Assembly: GCA_964247055.1 (NCBI GenBank)
Contig: OZ176057.1
Coordinates: forward strand, 558,001 to 622,000
Reading direction: 5' to 3'
Source of the DNA: Paragordius varius
Taxonomy: Eukaryota; Animalia; Nematomorpha
DNA: 64,000 bases
Part shown: positions 54,890 to 64,000 of the stretch, piece after piece
How positions within the stretch are numbered: the stretch's first letter is position 1
Layout of the letters: each line of letters begins with the position of its first letter
The notes under the pieces: generated by a model
Databases searched by the model: none
What the model saw: the letters and a program-made list of their open reading frames with translations, nothing else
What the model was told of the DNA's origin: nothing
Position numbers and translations under genes: made by a program

Positions 54890-57498
54890 ATATGCAGGAA
54901 AAACGTAAGAAATCGACAATTGCTGGTGACATTCCGATAAAAGTAAAATTTTTATTATTTATTAGTTTTAATTTTTTTTATTTATGTTTGAAATATAAAA
55001 AAAAACATAAATTAAACATACGTAATTAGACTAAATACACATACTAATTTAAACTTAATAAATTCTTCAGAACAAGTGTGCTTGGACCCAAAATATTTAA
55101 AATTGATTTTAGACTGATCAGTGTAATTTTAAATTTTAGTTTATACATATGCTTAAACATTTTTAAGCAGTGTTCAAGAATTATATAAAAAATCGCAATA
55201 ATAAAGTTAATTATATAAATGATTAACTAACCTAAAACTTAAAAGCTATGATATGACTTATTAGGCTGTCACTATTTAAATGTTTGAATTAAAATTTTTA
55301 TATCACATTAATATTTATGATTTTTCTATTCTTAGGCAACATCCCCTCGGAACTTAAATGTCCATGATGCTTTACGAAGACTTAAGGAAATTATAAATGA
55401 ACTAACTAAAATTACAATGCAAGTTAACCAAAAGTCGCATGGTCCCGCTCTAAGAATCACTTGCTCTGAAAAGGTAGTTAAATTTTCAATGTAATATCCT
55501 TAATAAATAACTTAAATGTAAACTTCTTTAACACTTGGGAAACAATACATTCATTTCTGTCCCCTAATATAAATCAGGATAGTTGGACACCCGGGCCTGT
55601 TTAAAATTAAATAATAAAATAATATGGAATGAATTCGATGGCAAAAGTTTGCACTTATGTAACTTTATTAAGATATTACTTATTTTAGAATAAAACCGCA
55701 AGGTAAAAATTTAGCCAACATGGCATGTGTGCTTTAGGAAAATAAAAAATTAGACTGAATTTTAGCTTCTAAATTAAATAAACATGATTTGGCGAAAATG
55801 TTATAAAAAGTTTGATATAGAACTTTTTTTCAAAACTAAATTTTATTTACATAATTCGAGTTATATTTTATTAAAATGGAAGTATAAATTTGATTTTAAA
55901 TTTAAAAATATTTAAATACCCTCAATTGATTATAAGATTAAGTAAATTATGACATAAATTTTTGTAATATTCATAAATATATATTTCGTTAGACTGGAAA
56001 CTATTCGACAAGTCAAGAGTCTGGAATAGGTATCAATTTTATGCAAATAGCTGATATTTAAATTTAATTTTAAAATATATTTGTATTATGTTTTAATTTT
56101 TTGTAGATGTTGAACCCAAGAAAACCAAAGATTCCAAAATAAACATGGTATATATATTCAGAAAAAAATGATATACGGAAATGTAAAAGACAAATATAAT
56201 TTTTTTGAAAAAGGATACCATATTTTTCAAATCTTAATTTTTACTATAAAAATTTTAATAATAGGATGAATTGTTTTACCAATATATATCTATCTCTCAT
56301 AGTTTGCAATGAGTTATTGTTAAAAAAACCAAATCTAAAAAGGTAGGGGATTTTTCAAAATTTTTAAATGTTTTTTGTCCGTATTATTGTAATTTATACT
56401 GTATGTAAAATAAATCATTTTGCCTTTACATATCCACATATATAATTATATAGAAAAAAACTAAACCTACCGCGGGCAAGAAAAAACCAGTAGGGGATGT
56501 TACTATGAAATCGTCAGATTCTGTCCTAGAAGAAACAACGTATGACAGCACGTCATATGACTACACTACTGATGAGAGTTACGGACAACAGGAGACAGTT
56601 CCTAAAAAGGTTGACAACAAAATTATAAGTGCAAAAACTGACCCTAAGAAAGGGGGTAAGGCCAAAAAAACTGCCCCAGGCAGTTCAAAATCGATTTCTT
56701 CTTCTGCAGACAAAAAGATGAAAGAATCCAAATCAAAATCGGCCAAAGCTAAGAAGAGCGATGATGTTAAAATGGATGCAAAAGCTAAGAAATCGTTTGA
56801 AAAACCCAAGAAGAAAGGTTTTTTTGGCTAAATTGAATTTGCTTTTTATGTTCAAAGAATGATTATCTATAATTATGGAAAGTAAAGTAATATACAGTAA
56901 AAATTAAATTATACAGGTACAAAAGCTAATAACATAAAGACAAATGTTTTTTAAAGAGAGATAATCACATTTTTTAAGCTTGATTTTCTCCATATAAATT
57001 ATTTAAGTACAATTTTAATTACAGTACAAATTAAAACAAGACAAAATAAAAAAACATAAAAACAAACATTCTTTCCCAAAGATTACTTAAGTTGTATTTT
57101 AAAATATAACGCATTGTTTTAAACTGCATAGTATGAAATAGATATGTATGATATGACAATTCTATGAATTTTACAATTGTAATTAAATAATCTGAGGAAA
57201 AATTTTATTAAAAAAAAATATGGTTGTTTTATAAGAATGAGATTTATTTTAAAAAATATGGTTGTTTTTTGCGAACAAATATTTATTATATCTCTACGTT
57301 TTGGATATAAAATTTAAATTTTCACTGTATATAATTAAACCCCTATTTTTAACCCAAAACCATGAATTAAAGTAAAAAATTTAAATTTAAACAATATAGT
57401 TAGGTGTCTTATTGTCTGTTTAATTAAAATTTTACTGTTTTATATATTTTACAGGTGCAAAAACATCCTCGGAAGCCACAAAAAAGAAGAAAAAATAG
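39907..57498 (+). CDS. BTB/POZ + BACK domain protein (~791 aa) with N/Q/P-rich insert and Lys-rich tail, no Kelch repeats seen
   Basis: 14 phase-compatible GT-AG exons: 39907-39958, 41150-41614, 42383-42623, 43576-43855, 45067-45240, 49112-49404, 49950-50092, 53622-53680, 54898-54942, 55336-55473, 55993-56029, 56107-56147, 56454-56817, 57455-57498 (2376 nt, open to TAG). BTB motifs: DVKILLPCGAVFTAHKIVLGAQSRSF, FMAALEYMYTG. BACK motifs: EEFLALSFEEVYTILSDDYL, ELAIFTAAWRW, LMTCVRFPLL, LLFDACWYH. The small 3' exons are less certain. Confidence 0.75.
42087..42348. mobile_element. Family D Tc1/mariner-like MITE (TA|CAGTAAAAATTGAAA TIR)
   Basis: TA-flanked TIRs CAGTAAAAATTGAAA / TTTCAATTTTTACTG. 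Similar copies at 3967-4282, 39556-~39843, 43932-44195, ~50393, ~56896-57328 and elsewhere. Confidence 0.8.
43932..44195. mobile_element. Family D MITE
   Basis: TA|CAGTAAAAATTGAAATTATAC ... TATAATTTCATTTTTTACTG|TA. Confidence 0.8.
46092..48825 (-). mobile_element. Full-length hAT (Buster/Charlie/SPIN-type) DNA transposon, 2734 bp, antisense in intron 5 of the BTB gene
   Basis: 12-bp perfect TIR CAGGGGTGGCCA at both ends. Identical 8-bp TSD TTATATAC at 46084-46091 and 48826-48833, with the central TA typical of Buster elements. Subterminal GCGGTCAC motifs at 46156 and 48761-48808, including the palindrome GCGGTCAC-gaaa-GTGACCGC. Confidence 0.95.
46635..48446 (-). pseudogene. GTF2IRD2/ZBED5-like hAT transposase, broken by ~4 frameshifts
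   Basis: Consecutive ORF pieces carry C..C..H..H (CLICNSTVALPKKSNIERHYRSLH), SLSRNTV, LQLDESTD, SITTDGAPAM, HCIIH, LLLHTDVRWLSR, WLLDLVFLCDIT and FGYTYLCESAFSIM...RSQL motifs. Confidence 0.9.
48833..49086. mobile_element. Family A MITE whose left terminus is the hAT insertion site
   Basis: TATA|CCATTTAC overlaps the hAT TSD; right arm has 4-5 array units. Confidence 0.75.
50558..53369 (-). mobile_element. Composite Helitron (2.8 kb) with two 5' ends, one 3' end and an internally amplified ~480-520 bp unit, in BTB gene intron 7
   Basis: 5' ends A|TCTATATATTTATAAAAATGG at 53369 and 51870. A single hairpin + CTAG|T end at 50558. The module GGGGAGCGGGTAAAAAGAGGGCCTAAATCAAAAAAG (or variant) recurs six times (~50874, 51051, 51528, 52108, 52584, 53062). 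Confidence 0.85.
53720..54049. mobile_element. Family A MITE
   Basis: TATA|CCATTTAT ... GAACTGTAAATGG. Confidence 0.85.
54478..54543. repeat. (TA)33 microsatellite
   Basis: Direct reading. Shorter (TA)n tracts at ~35608, 45243, 54858, 59201, 59845 and 63470. Confidence 0.95.
54544..54849. mobile_element. Family A MITE flanked by (TA)n tracts
   Basis: CCATTTACAGTTCAAATTCACCC start immediately after (TA)33; GTAAATGG end. Confidence 0.85.
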
Positions 57499-59845
57499 CG
57501 AATTTCAGTTTGAAAATATAAATTTAAAGACAAAGTTTTGAATTTTATTATTACCAAAATATGATTTTTAGTGTTTTAACTTAAAAAAACCAATGTTTAG
57601 TTATAATTAAGCTAATTAAAATTTGAATAAATAATAAAATAAATGTTTTATTATATAAAATATAATGTTTATAAAATTTGATCATAAGATATTAGGACGA
57701 TTCTATAAAATCCTTGAGTTAAAGTAAAATGCAAATATAAAAAAGTTAACAAACAAGTTATATGAGAATTTCATGTCTGAAATTCCTCCAGAGTTAGTTT
57801 GTTAAAACTAAAAAACTATTTTCTCCAAAATCTAGAAGTTTTTTATAATAATAAAAACTGAGCCTTATCAAATGCTTGTTTAAAAAGTAAGCTATGCAAC
57901 ATTTTAACGTCAGGTTTAACATACAGTAAATTAAAATTATACTGACAAAATAAAAAAATATACATATACTTTTCCAAAGAACAATAATTTTTGAACCTTT
58001 TATTCTATAAATCATTTAAATATTTTTTATATTTTACCGTATAAAATAATCAGTTATTTAAAAATTCAAAATTCAAAAAATATGGTATCTTTTAATATTT
58101 TTTTTATAATTTTACGTTAATGTAATTTCTGTAAAATACGAAATAATATCAAGTTTTGGATAAATTTTAAAATAGCAATTATTTAAGATCGCAGTTTTCA
58201 CCGTTCCATATTTTAATGTCTCAAGTGGCGAAAGACAAGTCGATTAGATTTAAAAGCAGTTTATTTATTTTATCTTACATATAAACGGGTTCAAACTTTT
58301 CAATAAAATTAAGCATCTAATGCAGGGGTATCCCTAATTTGCTACGCTTAAAATCTGAGTTAAATAGATAAATATTAAAATTTTCTATATTTAATTGTCA
58401 ACAAACTAGAAATATTGGTATATTTTCATAAACAAAGTTTGTTAAATTATTTATGAATGCCCATATATATTTCGAAAGCGGACCGCCGTTTTTTTTTTCG
58501 AATCAAATATACGGCCCCATTTGTTTTTAACACACCTGATCTAATCTGCAAATACTAGGTGTTTTTATATCTGGTTAAATATGAAATCTCTATAACATCT
58601 TTTTTAGTTAAAAAAATATTTTGGTTTTTATCCCATTAAGAATGCATTTCAAAAAGCTTAACTTTATAAATATCCAGACCTAATTTATAAAATATTCTAT
58701 AATATCAAACAATAAGTTTTATCCATTTTGGTTCAAAAACTAAAAAATAATGTTAAAACAACCGTTAATATAATTTTTTGAATTATTTTGATACGTGACC
58801 ACCCCAATTTTTCCGAAATAAAAATTATTTTTGTGTCTATCATAATTTTTGTGTTATATTTAGCAAATATTTAAATTTTAATTCGTAAAACTATACATAT
58901 CTTACATGCAATCTTTTAATCCAATTTTAAATTTATTCATTTTTATCTTTATGTAAATAAAAATAGACGTTCATGAACTTTTATAAATATGAGACATATT
59001 TATCACCATAAAACAATGTATATTTTGATAATAAAGATATTTGATACGGTTTTTCCACCTATTTTAATTCCAAATAATAATTTATTATAATTATTATAAT
59101 ACAAAAAACAGTGCATACAAAAAATATCCTGAAGAAAGATAAATAATCTTTCAAATAAATGTATCAAATTCTCATGGTGGGTCCTTAAATGCCATTTAAG
59201 ATATATATATATATATATATATTACTTTTATGGTAAGTTATTGCATCGAAAATTGCAAATAGCGAATATTATGCCAATTATTTTTGATAAAGGCTAGATA
59301 CTTTATTGCAAAAAATATCAAATATATTATAAATTATTTAAAAAGTAAAACATGGATTTTCATTACCGTATAGCTCCAAATGTCTAGCTTTTTTGGGGCC
59401 CCTCTTAAAAAGTTGTGTAAAAGTAAAATAAATGACGGAATGGAAAGATAAAAAGATATGCTACATCATGACATTAATTATTATACAGTAATGAAATTAT
59501 ACGAATAAAATGTAAAAAAAGACAAATTGTCTTTTCAAAAGACAACTATACTTTTTAAACTCAATTTTCTTAAATTAATTTATTCTAAATTGAAAAAGTA
59601 AAAAAATTATATAATTTACAATTGTTAATGTCTATATAAATATGATCAAATAAATATTGTTGTCTTTTTAAAAAAGTTTGTCTTTGTTTTTAGGCTTATA
59701 TTTATAAATAGGCTAAATTCCAAAAATAAAATGAGAGCTATTTTTTGAAAGGAAAACAAGTATAATTAATAAATGACTGGCCGTAGTATCATGCGAGTTA
59801 TGATACATTTATCTATAAAAATATTTGTAGTTCATCAGGATATGG

Positions 59846-59876
<31 letters not shown>

Positions 59877-60001
59877 ATATATACATATATAACATTTATA
59901 GGTTAATAAATATTTTTGGGATAAAATTAATTGAAAAAAAAACATTTTTATATGAATTTTAGTCAATAAATGGTCGAGAGTGTGCCAAAATAATTCTATC
60001 T

Positions 60002-60892
60002 TTATTCTGAGGTTTTTGAAATAAGCGAATCATGAAAATCGATATGATCTCCCGAAACGAAAGCTCCATGTTCCAATATGTATAACAGCTTTTGGCACGT
60101 ACTTTGCAAAGGAACTAGCTCACCAGATTCCTTCATAGTTTTAAAGAGGGCGGTCGTTGAAGGATCGTAATGATTTGCACAAACTTCACTCATCATATCG
60201 GTATCAAGGGGCCCAGGAGCATAATTTAGCACATAGATTGCAAGGGACTGACAATTATTATTTAATGTATCACCAAATGAATTATTCCCATTTTGATTCT
60301 TGTCAAAAGTAGAATATTCCAAAGCAAGCGTCTTAAAGTACAAATCTCGAGCAGCTTTTCCTGCACAGTAAAGGGAGAATCCTTTAATAGGTTGCAATGC
60401 CATTAACGATGAAATGTTAACAATGTAAATTAATTGAGAAACATTTAATTTGTTTATCCGCTTAATAATTTGAGAATTTAGACTAATAAGGGATATGAGA
60501 TTAATGTGAAAATAGTTTTGCAGATAATCAAAATCATCATAGTGATAAAATTCTGAACTTTTGATGCATTTTCCGATTGTAGCGGCGTTGTGTACAATAA
60601 TTACTTGATCAAAAACTATGTTCTCAGGTATAATAGCTTCAACAGTATTTTTTATTGCATTAAAATCGTCCTCCAAATCCAGCACATTAGTTATAATATT
60701 TTTAGCTTCGTTAAATTCGGACTTTAAAGCCGTGAGGTTATCCTTGTTTTTAGCAATAACTATAAACAAACTATTTTCATTGGCGATATGATCATAAAAT
60801 GTTCTGAGTATTTGCTTTCCAAGCCCTCTAGTGCCACCAGTTACAATAAACAATGTTGATTTGGTCTCGTCTAGTTTTTGAACGGTACACAT
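60002..60892 (-). CDS. SPR: Sepiapterin reductase (SDR family), intronless, 296 aa
   Basis: Single ORF from ATG at 60892. Motifs: IVTGGTRGLG (NADP-binding), IVHNAATIG, NISSL, YCAGKAARDLYFKTLALE (YxxxK), VLNYAPGPLDTDM and FVSGDHIDFHD, all characteristic of SPR. Confidence 0.92.
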   Translation of the reverse strand: MCTVQKLDETKSTLFIVTGGTRGLGKQILRTFYDHIANENSLFIVIAKNKDNLTALKSEFNEAKNIITNVLDLEDDFNAIKNTVEAIIPENIVFDQVIIVHNAATIGKCIKSSEFYHYDDFDYLQNYFHINLISLISLNSQIIKRINKLNVSQLIYIVNISSLMALQPIKGFSLYCAGKAARDLYFKTLALEYSTFDKNQNGNNSFGDTLNNNCQSLAIYVLNYAPGPLDTDMMSEVCANHYDPSTTALFKTMKESGELVPLQSTCQKLLYILEHGAFVSGDHIDFHDSLISKTSE

Positions 60893-60993
60893 GCTTGTAT
60901 GTTGTTTATATAAAACAGTTGTTGACAAGGTAAAATAAGAGGTATTTAATTAAAAAATTGTATTAACACTTGAATACAACATATTTATTTTAA

Positions 60994-61505
60994 TCATTCA
61001 ATTCAAAGGGGTAGTTAAATACCCCAGGCCTTTTAAAAATAATTTTTTTTAAAAAATTTTGCACTTATATAACATTAAAAAACCTAAAAATATAAAAAAT
61101 TTTATTCAAAAATATTTGATATTAAATATTTTAAGCCAAAACCGAAAGGTAAAAATTTCGTCAACTTGACATGTGTCAAATGGTAAAATTAAAAAATAAT
61201 ACAAAATAAGCCGCTTTTTCTATTCCTATTAATGTTAGATGTAATATATATTAAAATTAGCTTTAGTTTTACCCTTAAAATTACATGAAGACGATATTTT
61301 GCAAAAATTCTGTATAATAAAAATGGCGTCGAATAGTTTGATATGGAACTTTTTTTCAAAACACAGATATTTTGGCATATCTATATAATTTTTATTAGAA
61401 TAGAAGCATAAATTTGAATTGGGGCCGTTTCTTTCAGTAGTATTTAAAAAATCCTAACTTAAATTTAGTCTGGGGTACTTAGATACTCCATTTTGAATCG
61501 AAGTG
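60994..61505. mobile_element. Family E piggyBac-like MITE upstream of SPR (reverse orientation)
   Basis: TTAA on both flanks; ends GAATCGAAGTG|TTAA. Confidence 0.8.
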
Positions 61506-63466
61506 TTAAACATATATTTTAAAAAATCAGGGGAAATACCTTAAAAATATCAAATTAAAATAGATGAAATTTAAAAAATTTATTAATAGTCTAATGTGGG
61601 AAATTATGCCGTATCTTGAAAATATAACCTCTTGAAATAATAATATTCTTAAGAAATGTATCAGGATTTTTATGTGCTTTGTTTGGCTTTTAAGAGTGAT
61701 ATATGAAAGTTATTCACGCATTTTTGGTAAGTGATCTATATGAAAAATAGCCAAATTTTGTGTACATTTTTTTATATAATTTTTTTGTGATATATGATTT
61801 ACTTCAAAAATATCAATATAATAAATTACATATAAAAAGCAAAACAACTTCTTTACAATATTTAATTTTTAAACAGCTCCTTAAGTCCCAGATTTTTCAA
61901 ATGGCTGATTTCCCAAAATATGCAAATTTTATTTCAACTAAGAATATTTGTAAAATATGCATACTTTTAATGATTTTTTTTAGGAAAATTCTTAATGGTG
62001 CTTCATACTAGTTTGAGGCATGATGGAAATGGTATATAAAGGCATTGAGATATTATAAAATCACTTTTCTACGCAATGATGCTGATATTATCCCAGAATT
62101 TTGATTCGCTATTGTGTTTTTCTACAAAATTTACCAATTTAAAAGTAAAAAAGATTTGAATTATTATTCCAAGCTATAGAATTGTCAAGCATCATTGTAA
62201 AGATTAAGTGTTATTATTAAAGCGTTTTGTACCGTTTCCATAATGATTCAAAATAAAAAAATGGGAAATTATAGGAGCATTTTAAATATTAGTAGTCGAT
62301 AAAATTTGGCATATATTTAAAATTTTTATCAATCTCGGCATTTTTCATTTGTTTTACAAAACTGGTCATTTTGATTAAGAGAAAAAATTTAAACCTTCGG
62401 AGAGCGCAACTGAAAATTTAAATAAAAATTATTTTAATGTTTTTTATCAAATATTTTAATGAAATTAGGAAACAAGCATTTTCGTCTAAAATATGTGCGT
62501 AAAATTTGCCATTTTCCGATATAAAGCAGATACGACAAAAGTGTAAATAACTTTCTATAAATCAATCATACGGCCTAAACTAAAAGCACCTGGATAATCC
62601 TGTTATAGTCTATCAGAAAATTTATTGAATTATGTTTTATACCCTTTAATTTGGACGCAGTGTTATGCTTAATAAAACTTTTGTGACATCATTCAAATAT
62701 ATCAGAAATAACAATTTTTATATATATGAAATAGGTTGAATGCATATCGGACCTTCTAAACTGGGCTATGTTTAAAATCTTAGCGAGGACACCATAATAA
62801 TTTTAAATTAACTTTGCTCTAAATTAATTTCTGAGAGCGTTTTAAAGCAAGGTCGATAACACTTTATATTACCATAAAATGTATTGACACTTAATGACTT
62901 GGGCATATTAATACCGAACGATTGGATATTTGACTATCCTACCTATTTTTAAAAAAGTTTATTAGCAAGATTGACCTCTAGGACATAAATGTACCCCAAT
63001 ATGTCATCGCTGAAGTTAATATAATTCGTTGATGCTTTAATTTTTATCTCCTCGGAGGTTTATTTAAAATATTCGTGTTTTTATTTTAAATTCCATTGTC
63101 AATGAATATATACTATTATCTAAAGTTTATATTTTTTAACAGTTAACTTTTTAATCAGTTAGACAAATTTTTGATCGTTTATTTTATATATAACCCATAT
63201 TAGTATTTTACAATATATTTTCGGAATATATATGTACCAACATTTTTTAATGTAACCAAAGACATTTAAGCTTTATAGTTTGGGAAAGAAGATAAATACT
63301 TTTCAATATAATTTGATGCAGAAAAAAAGATCTATCCCCCATTAATTTAGGCAAGCCAAAGCCGCTATTGAAAGCCAAAATGGCGGCAAAATAATTTAAT
63401 CGGGAAAATACGTCCTAAAATTTGAGATGATTGATTGGTTCTGCATCGAATTGTATGGAAAAAGTA

Positions 63467-63499
<33 letters not shown>

Positions 63500-63504
<5 letters not shown>

Positions 63505-64000
63505 ACATTCGGGTCGCATTATATAACAATTTTTGTCGTTCTTTTTCTCCAATCCCTAAAGCAAAATTTGAAACAGCAGTTGTAAGCATTTCCTCCATAA
63601 ATTGCTTTTGCCAATAATCTTTGGTGAAAGAATAGTATGTATTGCGTTTGTTCATTACAACTTCGGGCGCACCTTTTAGCGCTACCAATATCGTATCATT
63701 TTGATTTGATCGAACGCTGCCTACAACTTGCATATATTTCCTCTCAGATAAAAATGGGGTTTTCTTAACTCTTTGTACATCATATTGAAATCTTTTCAAC
63801 TTGCCTTCGCCAATTTTATTAGCGGATTCAGTAGGGAATATAGGACTGCTCGTATTATTGTCGCTACCATTTTTGGGCGATTGATTTGTGGAAAAATTTG
63901 ATTTTGTACAGAGTGAACCAACTGATAGCAAACGTATTACATTAGATTACAATACTGATAATATTGGGTGATTGGTTATCAAACTTGAGACCAGAAATTT
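63500..64000 (-). pseudogene. P-type ATPase fragment (nucleotide-binding domain; most like Na+/K+-ATPase alpha), with a 22-nt frameshifting interruption
   Basis: SGLKFDNQSPN / VIRLLSVGSLCTKSNFSTNQ...PTESA...KKTPFLSERKYM...LKGAPEVVM...FALGIGE parallels Na/K-ATPase [31 protein letters not shown]...SESA...EIPFNSTNKYQ...MKGAPERIL...LGGLGE. Pseudogene status versus unusual intron is unresolved. Confidence 0.7.

Overview
Very AT-rich (roughly 80% by eye) eukaryotic, animal-type genomic DNA. I could build spliced models for five genes: PTPN9-like (CRAL-TRIO part, - strand, probably running off the left edge), PPIH (cyclophilin H), CLNS1A (pICln), EDF1/MBF1, and a 14-exon, ~791-aa BTB/BACK protein with an unusual N/Q/P-rich insert and Lys-rich tail. 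There is also an intronless sepiapterin reductase and an interrupted P-type (Na+/K+-like) ATPase fragment at the right edge. Intron size is bimodal: 25-36 nt, or inflated by non-autonomous DNA transposons. These include three related TATA|CCATTT-ended MITE/foldback families with 21-bp subterminal arrays, a TA|CAGT MITE family, a TTAA piggyBac-like MITE family, three Helitron copies (one composite, 2.8 kb) and one full-length hAT (Buster/GTF2IRD2-type) element with an 8-bp TSD. The most striking unexplained features are tandem amplifications of exon-intron junctions in PTPN9 and PPIH that create arrays of decoy splice sites, a candidate H/ACA scaRNA between the two divergent genes, and a 22-nt non-GT-AG interruption in the ATPase. 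Gene models were assembled by hand from GT-AG sites, frame continuity and remembered similarity to known proteins; no database searches were run. The organism is not identified. Tiny introns plus extreme AT content suggest a reduced or parasitic invertebrate, but that is inference.
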